Below are positions 50,171 to 50,976 of a stretch of DNA of 50,976 nucleotides, one piece after another. Made by a program: the position numbers and the translations under genes. Position 1 is the first letter of the stretch. Each line of letters starts with the position of its first letter. The stretch comes from Girardia tigrina (lineage: Eukaryota). Location: contig MQRK01212308.1 in NCBI GenBank assembly GCA_001938485.1, forward strand, positions 59,145-110,120. Direction: 5' to 3'. The notes beneath the pieces are model-generated. The model searched no databases, had not been told where the DNA came from, and saw nothing but the letters and a program-made list of their open reading frames with translations.

Positions 50171-50976
50171 TATGATATTTCAGACATGAGTTACACAACA
50201 ACATGTTTGCAAAAAAAAACTACTAAGACATTTTAAGTTGGTCGTACTATGTCTTTGTAGATGTTTCTCTTAATTATCCAGTAATATATTATTGTTACTG
50301 ATCTCAATGTATTCTAGTTCTTTGAAAAACTGACTGATCAGCTTGTAGACATTTGAATGGTGACAGTTTAAAGGCATCTGAAATACACAGTGCTATCTCT
50401 CCCCTGAAGTGTTTGGTAGACTGTCCTGTTCTTGATCTCGAAGGTTCTGCAGTGTAACCAGATATCTCGGACTCCCATCGTAGTTTCGTCTTAAGCGACT
50501 GTTAGGAGATTCTTTTGGTGAACATGTAAATTTTTGATATTTTTAAATTAAAAATCATATTTATATATTTGAGATAAATTAAAATAATGTTTTACTAATT
50601 AAAATGAAATAACCTTTTATAAAAATTAGGTTGCAAAAAAATCACAATTAAAATAACTGTTTCGGAGTAAAAGAATATTGTAAAGAAGATTTTGATAAAT
50701 CTTGTAACACTTTTTAAAATAAAAATCATAATGTTTATTGAATTTAATTGTCAATGGAAAAGTTTTATTAAAAAAATAATTTATTGAATGTTTTAAAATC
50801 AAGTTCTAAAATAAAAATCATAATGTTTTATTGAAATTCTTATTAAAAATTCTTATTAAATAATACAGGGTTTGTCAGCACATTTCAGAATGACATCATC
50901 ACATTTAAGATTTTTGTAAATCAATTTAAGAATTTTGTACATCCGTTTAAGAAATGGAAAATCAATTTAAGAATTT

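Overview
This is AT-rich eukaryotic (animal) genomic DNA from a draft assembly with N-gaps. The 50-65 nt introns and TE content resemble an invertebrate such as a planarian flatworm, but that is inference only. Three host genes can be rebuilt by hand. (1) The first 9 exons of PWP2/UTP1 (minus strand, ATG 7115; its 3' exons lie outside the window). (2) An intronless, strongly divergent otopetrin-like 12-TM gene (7515-8939) lying head-to-head with PWP2. (3) A complete 3-exon, 337-aa class A peptide-type GPCR (minus, 35728-24137), which the ORF track shows only in pieces. A STIP1/HOP-like TPR pseudogene fragment is split by a hAT insertion. The rest is a nested transposon landscape: several Gypsy relics, an LTR family with non-canonical TA...CA ends, a GC-rich TRIM-like element, four MULEs (one with an open transposase ORF but a catalytic D->N change), hAT elements and MITEs with 8-bp TSDs, Tc1/mariner pieces, and RTE and RLE-type LINE fragments. 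No prokaryotic-type system, CRISPR array or RNA gene was found. The best novelty candidates are the otopetrin lacking its N-domain polar residues, the TA...CA LTR family and the TRIM.
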